In this document: in pieces, positions 1 to 17,495 of the stretch | Layout of the letters: every line of letters begins with the position of its first letter | Position numbering within the stretch: the stretch's first letter is position 1 | Assembly: GCF_009914755.1 (NCBI RefSeq) | Contig: NC_060948.1 | Direction: 5' to 3' (one strand) | Length of the DNA: 64,000 bases | DNA from: the human T2T-CHM13v2.0 reference genome, Homo sapiens | Made by a program: the position numbers and the translations under genes | Notes under the pieces: generated by a model | The model's input: only the letters and a program-made list of their open reading frames with translations | Databases searched by the model: none | What the model was told of the DNA's origin: nothing

Positions 1-145
1 TCATACCAAGAAGATACAGAATTGTTCATTACCTGATGACTTTCCTACTGAATTCTATAAAATAGTTAAAGAATGAATATTAATTCTTCTAAAACGTTTA
101 TAAATAACTAAGAGAAAGAAACATTGTTCAGACTTCCTTAGCAAG
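1..145 (+). mobile_element. Old L1 (L1M-type) ORF2 fragment; host element, resumes at about 6487
   Basis: Degenerate match to the ORF2 '[18 protein letters not shown]' region; resumes at 6487 with 'tagcaaggccagc' (YEAS) and RT-region sequence. Confidence 0.65.
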
Positions 146-1161
146 ATCTGCTTTAAAAATGTAAGAAATTGGAAGAGGTTCCAAGATGGGTGAATAGGAA
201 GAGCTCCAGTCAACAGCTCCCAGTGTGAGCAATGCAGAAGATGAGTGATTTCTGCATTTCCAACTGAGGTACCAGGTTCATCTCACTGGGGCTTGTTGGA
301 CAGTGGGTGCAGCCCATGGAGTATGAGATGAAGCATGGTGGGGCATCACCTCACCTAGGAAGTGCAAGGGGTTGGGGAATTCCCTTTCCTAGCCAAGGGA
401 AGCCATGACACATGGTACCTGGAAAATTGGTAAACTCTGACTCTAATACTGCACTTTCCCAATAGTCTTAGCAAATGGTACACCAGGAGATTATATTCTG
501 TGCCTGACTTGGAGGGTCCCACGCCCATGGAGCCTCACTCACTGCTTGCTTGGCAGTCTGAGATCAAACTTCAAGCTGGCAGCGAGACTGGGGGAGGGGC
601 GTCTGCCATTGCTGAGGATTGAGTAGGTAAACAAAGTGGCCAGGAAGCTCGAACTGGGTGGAGCCCACCACAGCTCAAGGAGGCCTGCCTGCTCCTGTAG
701 ACTCCACCTCTGGGGGCAGGGCATAGCTGAAAAAAAGAGAGCAGAAACTTCTGCAGACCTAAACCTCCCCGTCTGACAGCTTTGAAGAGAGTAGTGGTTC
801 TCACAGCACAGAGTTTGAGATCTGAGAATGGACAGACTGCCTCCTCAAATGGGTCCCTAAACCTTGAGTAGCCTAACTGGCAGACACCTCCCACTGTGGC
901 CAACTTACACCTCATAGAGCCTGGTGCCCCTCTAGATGAAGCTTCCAGAGGAAGGATCAGGCAGCAATATCTGCTGTTCTGCAGCCTCCGCTGGTGATAC
1001 CCAGGCAAAAAGGGTCTGGAGTGGACCTCCAGCAAACTCCAACAAACATGCAGCTGAGGGTCCTTTTAGATGGAAAACTAACAAACAGAAAGGACATCCA
1101 CACCAAAACCCCATCTGTAGGTCACCATCATCAAAGACCGAAGGTAGATAAAACCACAAAG

Positions 1162-2178
1162 ATGGGGAGAAACCAGAGCAGAAAAGGTGAAAATTCTAAA
1201 AATCAGAGTGCCTCTTCTCCTCCAAAGGAATGCAGCTCCTCACCAGCAATGGAACAAAGCTGGACAAAGAATGACTTTGACAAGTTGAGAGAAGGCTTCA
1301 CGTGATCAGTAATAACAAATTTCTCTGAGCTAAAGGAGGATGTTTGAACCCATCACAAAGAAGCTAAAAACCGTGAAAAAAGATGAATGGCTATCTAGAA
1401 TAAATAGTGCAGAGAAGACCTTAAATGACCTGATGGAGCTGAAAACCATGGCATGAGAACTATGTGACACATGCAAAAGCTTCAGTAGCTGATTTGATCA
1501 AGTGAAAGAAATGGCATCAGTGATTCAAGATAAAATGAATGAAATGAAGTGAGAAGAGAAGTTTAGAGAAAAAAGAGTAAAAAAAAGTGAATAAAACCTC
1601 CAAGAAGTATGGGACTATGTGAAAAGACCAAATCTATGTCTGATTGGTGTACCTGAAAGTGACGAGGAGAATGGAACCAAGTTGGAAAACACTCTGCAGA
1701 ATATTATGCAGGAGCAATTCCCCCACCTAGCAAGGCAGGCCAACATTCAAATTCAGGAAATACAGAGAATGCCACAAAGATATTCCTTGAGAAGAGCAAC
1801 TCCAAGATGAATAATTGTCAGATTCACCAAAGTTGAAATAAAGGAAAAAATTTTAAGAGCAGCCACAGAGAAAGGTCAGATTACCCACAAAGGGAAGCAT
1901 TTCAGACTAACAGCAGATCTCTTGGCAGAAACTCTACATACCAGAAGAGAGTGGGGGCCAATATTCAACATTCTTAAAGAAAAGAATTTTAAACCCAGAA
2001 TTTCATACCCAGCCAAACTAGGCTTCAAAAGTTAATCAGAAATAAAATCCTTTACAGACAAGCAAATGCTGATAGATTTTTTTTCACCATGAGGCCTGCC
2101 TTACAAGAGCTCCTGAAGTAAGCACTAAACATTGAAAGGAACAACTGGTATCAGTCATGCAAAAACATGCTGTTGTAA
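1162..2178 (+). pseudogene. L1 ORF1p remnant (stops and frameshifts)
   Basis: MGRNQSRKGENSKNQSASSPPKE..., KRPNLCLIGVPESDEENGTKLENTLQ fragments in the ORF track. Confidence 0.9.
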
Positions 2179-2241
2179 AGACCATTGATGCTAGGAAGAA
2201 ACAGCATCAACTAATGAGCAAAATAACCAGCTAACATCATA

Positions 2242-5930
<3,689 letters not shown>

Positions 5931-6211
5931 ACAATGAGAAAACTTGGACACAGGGTGGGGAACATCACACACCGGGGCCTGTCATGGGGTCGGGGCATGT
6001 GGGAGGGCTAACATTAGGGAATATACCTAATGTAAATGACCAGTTAATGTGTTCGGCACACCAACATGGCACATGTATACATATGTAACAAGCCTGCATG
6101 TTGTGCACATGCACCCTAGAATTTAAAGTATAATAAAATAAAATAAATAAGTGAATAAATGTATGTGTAAATGTGTTAATGTTGGCAAGTTAAAATAAAT
6201 AAATAAGTAAA

Positions 6212-6325
6212 GGAAGACTCAGTAATGCAGTAATGCTGTAATTCTTTAGTTATGGTTCTGCCAGGAACAGTGTTATTAGGGGTATAAGTACTGCATTAGA
6301 TCCTGATCGTGACACAAACTCCACC
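6212..6325 (-). other. Orphan ERV env (TM) fragment, near-copy of 8771-8871
   Basis: 'ctgtaattctttagttatggttctgccaggaacagtg...gacacaaactccacct' aligns to 'ctgtaatgctttagttatggtcctgccaggagcagta...gacacaaactccacct'. Confidence 0.85.
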
Positions 6326-6486
6326 TGTAAGAAATTCAAAACCTAATAGTGATAAAAACAAAACCAGCTAAGAACCCAATTTTTTAAAAGGCAAAATATT
6401 TTAATAATACGAATTTTATTTTAATATTTTAAAATTTTAAAAAATTTTAATAAGAAGACATATAAATCTCAATAAGTATATAAAAA

Positions 6487-7160
6487 TAGCAAGGCCAGCA
6501 ACCTAATATTAAATCCAGGGAAGGATAAACACATACAGACACAGACACAAGCAGACAACTACAGACCAATGTTTATTATAAACAGAGATGCAAAAATATT
6601 CAACGAAATAGTAGTAAAAAAAGTTCAATAATATATTAAAAGAATTTATTTGCTATGGTTATGTAACATTTATCTCAGGGATAAAAAATGGTTCAATGTA
6701 CCCCATTACATAAATGAATACGCCATATTTATAGGACAAAGACAGAAAAATCGTGTGATCATTTAAAAATATTTGAACAAGCATTAACATAGTTAACCAT
6801 ATTTTTATGTTTAAATATCCTCAAGGTACTACATATAGAAGGAATGTATATGATCACAATAAAGGCTGTAGATGATGAATTTCTAATTGGAAGTTTTTTT
6901 CTAAGATTAGAAACAGAACAAGAATATCAATACATTTTTCAGTATAGTGCTGGAATTCCTAGCCAGAGAGTTTAGAAAATAGTAACAAGGAAAATATATT
7001 CTAACAGAAAGGAATAAGTGAAGTATATTCTAGTTGCTGATGACATAATCTTATATTTAGAAGCTCATGATTTTGTCAGAAAAACCCATGAGAGTTTGAA
7101 AAATAAACTTAGTAAAGTTACAGGTTATAAGATCAACATACAAAAAAGTCATGCTTTTTT
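6487..7160 (+). mobile_element. Old L1M ORF2 (RT region) continuation
   Basis: Degenerate 'aactacagaccaatg..gatgcaaaaatattcaac', 'gctgatgacataatcttatatttagaa' (ADDMI-like). Confidence 0.75.
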
Positions 7161-7164
7161 TAAA

Positions 7165-7395
7165 TTTTAAGTTGTTTTTAATTTTATTGTGGGTATGAAA
7201 GAGATAGATATATTTACAGGGTATATAAGATGTTTCAATACAGAAATGTAATATGATATGAACACTTCTATGGAGAACAGAGTAACCATCCCTTAAAGCA
7301 TTTATTGTTTGAGTTACAATTTAATTACATTATTTAAATTATATAAAAATATACAGTTATTATAGACTATAGCCACCCTATTTTGCTATCAAATA
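7165..7395 (-). mobile_element. L1MA-type 3' end fragment
   Basis: Antisense L1MA 3'UTR pattern 'atatatttacagggtat...tagccaccctattttgctatcaaata'. Confidence 0.65.
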
Positions 7396-7749
7396 TCAAA
7401 CTATTTAGAAACAGCTAGTGTGCATGACTCTCATGGAAAATAACAAAAAAGTGAGTAAATACAACACCTTCAACAGAAATATCCAGGAGCCAAGAGAACC
7501 TCCCCCACCCAGGGAAGTGGTAAGTGAATATGTAACCCCGAAAAATCACACTTCTTCCACAAACGTTTGTAACCCTCAGATAAGAAAATCTCTTTGCTAA
7601 CCCATTCCACCAGTGCATTTAGTGTAACAGACAGAGCTAAGCAGAGTCTCCACAAAGCAGCCATTCTAGCATCAATAAAGACCCTGGAGACTTAGATACT
7701 CAGGCTTTCCAGCAAAAACAGCTATAGCTTCAGTACAGTGGGAGGTTAG

Positions 7750-7916
7750 GACCTGGCATGGTGGTTCATGCCTGTAATCCCAGAACCTTGGGAGGCCGAG
7801 GCACATGGATCATGAGGTCAAAAGATTGAGATTATCCTGGCCAACATGGTGAAACCCCTTCTCTACTAAAAATACAAGAATTAGCTGGGTGTGGTGGCAT
7901 GTGCCTGTAATCCCAG
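7750..7916 (+). mobile_element. AluSc-like, left part (split by the provirus)
   Basis: 'gatcatgaggtcaaaagattgag' (Sc-type); stops at 'tgtaatcccag'. Outer TSD agtgggaggttag (7737) / agtgggatgctag (16692). Confidence 0.9.
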
Positions 7917-8426
7917 TGAGGAAGAAAGCTCAAAATCCTAAGGAAATTGAACACTCAAAACAAAAGATTCTTAGCAAAGCAATTTTACTTCTGCACAGAT
8001 GGGTGCCTCCTTGGCTAGTCATGATGAGCGCACACCTGAACAAAGGGGCGTGACAGCCTTTATTTCTGATGCAAGCCCTGCCCCTGTACCCTTTCTCCAT
8101 TGGCTAGGTCTGGGTCATACAATCTCAGCTAATTCCAGTTGGCTAAACATTTGATTTTTTTAGATAAAGTGGGCACGTAAAAGAAAGCAGAGAAGAAAGG
8201 GGAAGGGGTGTCTGTAATAAGCTAGAAAGTTAGAGTCCTCTTTACAAATAAGGAAAGGAATGTGAGCTGGTACTGATAACGCCTGGTACTGTGGTGTGCC
8301 TGGGCATCTAACCAACGCAAAAAGAAAAAAAAAAAGGAGAAAAAAGAAAAAGAGCAGGAGGTACTATGAATTAGAGAATAAAAGATTGATCAGGTTATTT
8401 GAGGAGAAACCACATCATATCCCAGA
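7917..8426 (-). repeat. 3' LTR of the provirus (PPT at 8427-8448)
   Basis: Colinear with 16024-16549; adjacent purine tract on the minus strand 'aaaaaggaagaaagggaagc'. Confidence 0.9.
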
Positions 8427-8429
8427 GCT

Positions 8430-10410
8430 TCCCTTTCTTCCTTTTTTTTGTAACTCTTTCTCCTCAAATCTTTCAGCATAGTTTGGCTTCATTGTTCTAC
8501 TTGGTCTTCTAGAAGGAAAAGCTTATTTGAATCAGGGGGAGGAGGATTGTAAGAGGTTTCAGTGAGAGCTGTTTTAGTATGTCTTTTTGTTAATCTTTGG
8601 GCACAGGGTATGATGCAGCATCTTACGAGAATAAGCAATCCCATTCCAATGGCCAGAGAAATGAAGATTGAGGATGTAAGTCCCTTCCATCTACAGAACA
8701 ATTTCCAATGAAATTTGTGAAGGGATCTTTTAGTCCAGAATTTTTGGCTAGCCCATTTGACAGAGCAGTAAGACCCTGTAATGCTTTAGTTATGGTCCTG
8801 CCAGGAGCAGTATCATTAGGGTAGGGATATAAGTACAGCATTGGGTCCTGATCATGACACAAACTCCACCTTGTTTTGCTAGTATCATGTCTAATGCTAT
8901 CCTATTTTCCCGGGCCATTTGACTGATGGGTCCTAATTATTCAGCTAGCTATTCCTTTAATAGCATCTCTAGTAGTATTAATAAATCATTGCTGATTGTA
9001 TTGAATGTAATTTATCCAATTCACATTTTTATTTACAGTTAACCACCAGAAGAACATACATTCAAATCCAGCAATTATTTGATTTTGGGGCTTAAATTTA
9101 TTTGGCACTCCTCTTGGGACCCCAATGGCATCTATATAAACATGAGAATTGAAGGACCAATGTGGGGGCCTCTCTTATTTGATGATATTTTGTTCCTACC
9201 CTTTCCGGTTGATGAAATGCCAGGGCAAAAGGGATGGCCAATTGAATTAGAGCACACATTCTACTCCAGTTACTTGGCAGAGCATCTAGTATTGGTCCAC
9301 CACAATACCAGCACACATCCCCTCAAGGATGGCTAAGAACAGTCTGTTGGGTAAGCTCTTAGAAGGGATTAAGCTCACTGCATCCCATTAAGGATACCGG
9401 CAATGCCAAGTTCTCTCCCTGTCGTCACAGACACAAAGGAGAATGGTCATTGGGAGATGGAGGCTGAATGGCCCTTGGGGGCTGACCTGCAGGATGTTGA
9501 ACTTTAGGGAACAGCAGAGAAAAAGCTTGGCGTGATTTGTTGCCCCAGACTGAGGGGTTTTGGAAGAGAGCTACCATACAGCTCATGCCCGGTCAGCTAG
9601 AAGACCATCCAAGTGGAAAGGGGACAATCTGGGCCTCTGGTCTACCATGCACACAAGGGTAACATTCACTGTTGTTTAAAGTGCAGAAGGAATACTTAAT
9701 CCATTCCAGCCAAGCATTTGCATATTGATATCCTGTGTCTACAGCTATAGTTTGCCTTAAGTTTTCTACCTCCACAACCATTACCTTGGTTGGGTCATTT
9801 TGGAGATGGGAGGAGGATGTTGGATTTGCTATACATGGGCAAAGCATTGGGTTCCATGTGTGTCCCGGACTTTGTCTCTGAACTCCTTTATAATTGTTAT
9901 CCAATGTTTTAAATAACGTTAGGGAGAAGATTCCTATAGGGTCCTGTCTTCAATGTCTGCTCCTAACCCATACCATATGAATAGAGACAGCTCTTCGGCC
10001 ATCATCCGGGAATTATTTATAATCAGCAACAAGGAGTTACAGTGGAATAGCTTACAATTTGGTGGGGTGGGACAACAGACTAGTTGGAGTTTTTGTTTCA
10101 GTCCTCGTAACTTATTTGAAGTGGGGGGTTGGCTGTCCACCGTTTGTACTTAGTATTCCACCAAACATCTGCCCAGTCAACTCAGGGACTTTTTAAAGCT
10201 CCATACTTGCTTGATTCTTTGCGGTATGGACATAGATACTTATCAACATGGGATAGCTTCCTTTGAGCTTGCTCATCTCTACACAGGATGACTGAACACG
10301 TGTTGAACTGAAGAGTTAACAGATGAGTAACCTGCATTACACTGATGACAAGATGACCTTCTGTTGAAAAGAAAAAAGAGAATAAACAAGTGATTATTAA
10401 GCTCATTTTA
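8430..10410 (-). pseudogene. env: ERV env remnant
   Basis: SU 'TGYQYANAWLEWIKYS..CYPCVHGRPEAQIVPFPLGW'; TM immunosuppressive and CX6CC region 'ENRIALDMILAKQGGVCVMIRTQCCTY' (~8830-8910); frameshifted. Confidence 0.9.
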
Positions 10411-10439
10411 GAGTTAGTTTGGTGGGAGTGGGCCCTGGA

Positions 10440-13412
<2,973 letters not shown>

Positions 13413-15493
13413 CTATTGTTCTTTAAAACTCATGAGTGTGAGAGTTTCTGTCTCTCTCTCTAGTTAAGGACGCTCCCTCTTGAAGTGGCCTGTTCTTCCA
13501 CATTGGTAACATCTATCTTGTCCTTCTCCCTTCTCAGTCTTAGCATTGTCTGTTCTTGCCCCACTATACCCCTTAGGAGGCTTATTTGTTGAGGACCTCA
13601 GCCCTCCAGACGGAGGCTTGGGACCTCTCAAGATGGGTGTAGGCCCCTTGGAAGCCCTGCTTAGAGATATATGGATTTGGATTTGGAGCCATGTGCTGGA
13701 AGGCAGGTAACATAAGTTTTGTCTTTTGTTTTTGCTTTTCCTTGTCTCTCCTGACCTATACCTTTTGAGCCTCCCTGAGCAGTTCACATAGGGGACTGTC
13801 CTCTCAATTATCTATTTTTTGTAATTTTCTTTAAATGTCTGGCCAACTTTTAGTAACAAAGTGAAGTTTTAACATTCCCTGTCCAAGGGGATTTTCCAGA
13901 TCAAGGCCTGCATACTGTCTCATTTGCTCCCTCTATCTAAGAATCTAGGAGGTCCCTCATCTTTTTCCTGTTGAATATCAAATGCTTTGGAAATATTTTG
14001 ATTTCGGGGTACTGACTCTGAAATTCCTTTTATTATCATCTCTCTTAGATCTTGCATGTTTTCCTGGTGATTTGCATTGTTATTGTCCCACTGGGGGTCC
14101 TCGGGCTGGAAATTTATGGCCTGCAGGAGGAACATTTTGACCAGGATGGGGCTCATGTTCCCAAACCTCCATAGCAGCCCGCTGAATCATACTTCATTCT
14201 TCTCCTGAAAAGAGAATGCTGAAGATGGACATCAACTCAGTCCAAGTGTATATCTGAGGCCCTAAAAATTGATCAATTTGATCTGCTACTCCATAAGGAT
14301 CATCCAGTAATGGCTTAAACTTCTTTTTTAAATTCCAGACCTCTGAAGTAATCAAGGGAGGGTTTACAAAGCCAATAGCCCCTCCACCCTGTGGTACCTC
14401 TCTTAAAGGAAAGAAAGTTGGATCTGGCTCTTTGGGTGTGAAGGGAAAGGGAAAGTTTTGGATATCTTTTTTACATTGCTCTATTTCATGTTGAAGCCCC
14501 TTTAAATAGGGATACTTAATAGGTTAAGAAGGGGCAGGCTCACAAGACGGTAATTCTGCAAAGTTGGGAATATAAGGAGGGGGAGCAATATGAGCAGAAG
14601 CACCACAAGTGGAGGAGGGATCCACGGCAGCAGCTGGGGTAATAGAACAGGCTGGGGCCTGCCTGAAACAGCTGGGGAGTAACCCCAAACCACAGCCAGA
14701 GGGATGGCCTAGGCTGGGGCGTGGCCTGAAATGGCTGGGGAATAATCGGAAACCACAGCTGGAGGGAGGGCACAGGCTGGAACATGGCCTGAGATGGCTG
14801 GAGAGTGACCCAAAACTGCAGCTGGAGGGACAGGATAGGAGGCAGCCGAAAGAGTGATGCAAACAGGGGAGGAACGTAAGATGGGAACTGGAAGGGCGGA
14901 ATCACAGGCAACCGGAAGAGTGACACAAGCAGGGGAGGAACCTGAGACGGGTACCAGAGGGGCGGAATAGGGGGGCAGCTGGAAGAGTGAGGGAAACGGG
15001 AGGGACCTGAAACGCGAACCAGACTGGCGGGTTAGGGGGCGCTGAATGAAGGAAGATGATTTAAAGGATCCCACATGTTAGTTAGTAGTTGTGGGTTGTC
15101 TAGCTATGGGAACTGTTTCCCTTTTAAAAGAGTTGGCTTCTGACTTTCTCCCTCCAGAGTCTAAAGGTTAAAGGAGAACTGGTCCCTGCTGCCAGCAGAG
15201 GGTGTAATCGATTTGTTCGTGGGAGACAGGGTTCTTATCATTAACACGTTTGATTAACAGCTGACAAATCTGTTCTTCATTAGACCCAAATTTTGGCCAG
15301 AAAATTCAGGGTTTAAGGATGGGTTGTCGAACCCAAATCAAACAACATATTTTATTGTCTGCTGTTTTTCTTTATACTTGGTTCTCTCATTATCTTTCCA
15401 ATACTTTAGCATAAGCCCCAAGGGGCTATCTGAAGGAATTTCATCACTCTCTAGACTCTTTGGTTTTCCTGTATTATTTGAAACTTTCCCCGT
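13413..15493 (-). pseudogene. gag: ERV gag remnant
   Basis: 'IPSDSPLGLMLKYWKDNERTK', capsid 'DPQWDNNNANHQENMQDLREMII', Zn knuckle 'CYQCGRTGHFKRE(R)P'; TAG at 13413-13415 in a gamma-type read-through context. Confidence 0.9.
14649..15030. repeat. Two degenerate tandem arrays (about 3x62-63 bp and 3x66-67 bp) in the Pro-rich gag region
   Basis: 'aggctgg' recurs at 14649, 14711, 14774; 'agagtga' recurs at 14851, 14917, 14984. Confidence 0.8.
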
Positions 15494-16000
15494 CTTATGG
15501 GTTATTGGGGGACAACCCCTCCTCTTAGAGATGTCTACCCTCACCCTTCCTGGAGGCTTACTGAGGCTTTAGGGAAAAGCTCCAACCCCACCTGTCAGAG
15601 GTTTCTACCCTCCCCCTTCCTCTTTGTCTACTTTGTGTTTTCCTGCCTCTAGTCGATAGATGGCAACATGAGACTGAAAAGAAGACTCATTCACTCCACA
15701 CAACCACGATGCTTACTCCCATTCACACATTCTCAGCCTCCATCTCATCCTGACCACCCAGGAAATACTTTGTCACCTTCGTGAAGTCTCCTACCTTATT
15801 CCATGCACAATAATTGCCTGGTCCTCTTATTGCCACGGTATTGCAAGCCTCTCCTCCCCGCTTTGCTGCGAATCCAGATTTATTCATTACCACAGGTGGG
15901 CCTGATCTCCTTCACCCTAGGGCCACCCTAACGAGACAGTAGGATGCGTCTCCCTTGGGAAGGGTAACCGAAGGCCCCCGTACCTAAGGAGAATATTGGA

Positions 16001-16019
16001 GCCCCAAAGTTGGGTGCCA
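16001..16019 (-). promoter_or_regulatory. Primer-binding site, tRNA-Lys(CUU)-like
   Basis: Minus strand 'tggcacccaactttggggc' 4 nt after the 5' LTR, versus the Lys1,2 PBS TGGCGCCCAACGTGGGGC. Confidence 0.7.
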
Positions 16020-16023
16020 GAAG

Positions 16024-16824
<801 letters not shown>

Positions 16825-16844
16825 TCACTGTGAAGTGACCTCAC

Positions 16845-17495
16845 TGTCTGGCAGTGATACATGAGGTTCATTGTCTCATGGTCATGAAAAACTATAATTC
16901 AAACACAAAAAGAGTGAGCTTCAGAGTGGACTTTAATAGGCAAAAGAAAGAGAAGAGCTCTCTGCTGCACAGAGAGGGCCTGAAAAAATGGGTTGCTGTT
17001 TCCATGGTGAAATGCAGTGGTTTTTATAGATAAGCTTAAGGATTAAGTGTCTGATTGACATAGGGAACAAAAGATTGGATGAACCATTTGCATATGGCAT
17101 AGGAAACTGGTTAGGTCTAGGAGTGCCACTTGCAGAGGGTGCAAAAAGCTGGCCACCTCTACTCTAATCTTTTACTATGCAGATAGGTTTTCTGCCTGGT
17201 TAGTGCCATGTTGCCTGTTTCTTTACTGTATACATGGTAAAAAGATAAAAGATAATGGGGACTTCTTGGTGGTCATGTCTGCTGCCCAGGCAGCCCTTTT
17301 CTATTGGCACAGCTGCTGGCATTCACCCATGTAAGCTTCAAGCTTTTTAATCTATGTTTGCAGCTCTATTTGTTAGGCTCCTCCTTGTTATAGCAGATAA
17401 TTTATTGGGCTGCTTTTTGCTAGAAGGGAAGCCTTGCTGAGAACTCTTTTATCCTCACTACCTGCCTAAATAATTTCTTTTTATCCCCTGTGTCA
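16845..17495 (-). mobile_element. Solo LTR, MER50-like (MER4 group)
   Basis: Minus strand starts 'tgacacaggggataaaaagaaattatttaggcaggtagtgagg...aaggcttcccttctagcaaaaagcagccc'. Confidence 0.7.

Noticed and set aside
8430-10410. Possible domesticated syncytin-like env
   Set aside because: Broken into ORFs of about 100 aa or less by stops and frameshifts.
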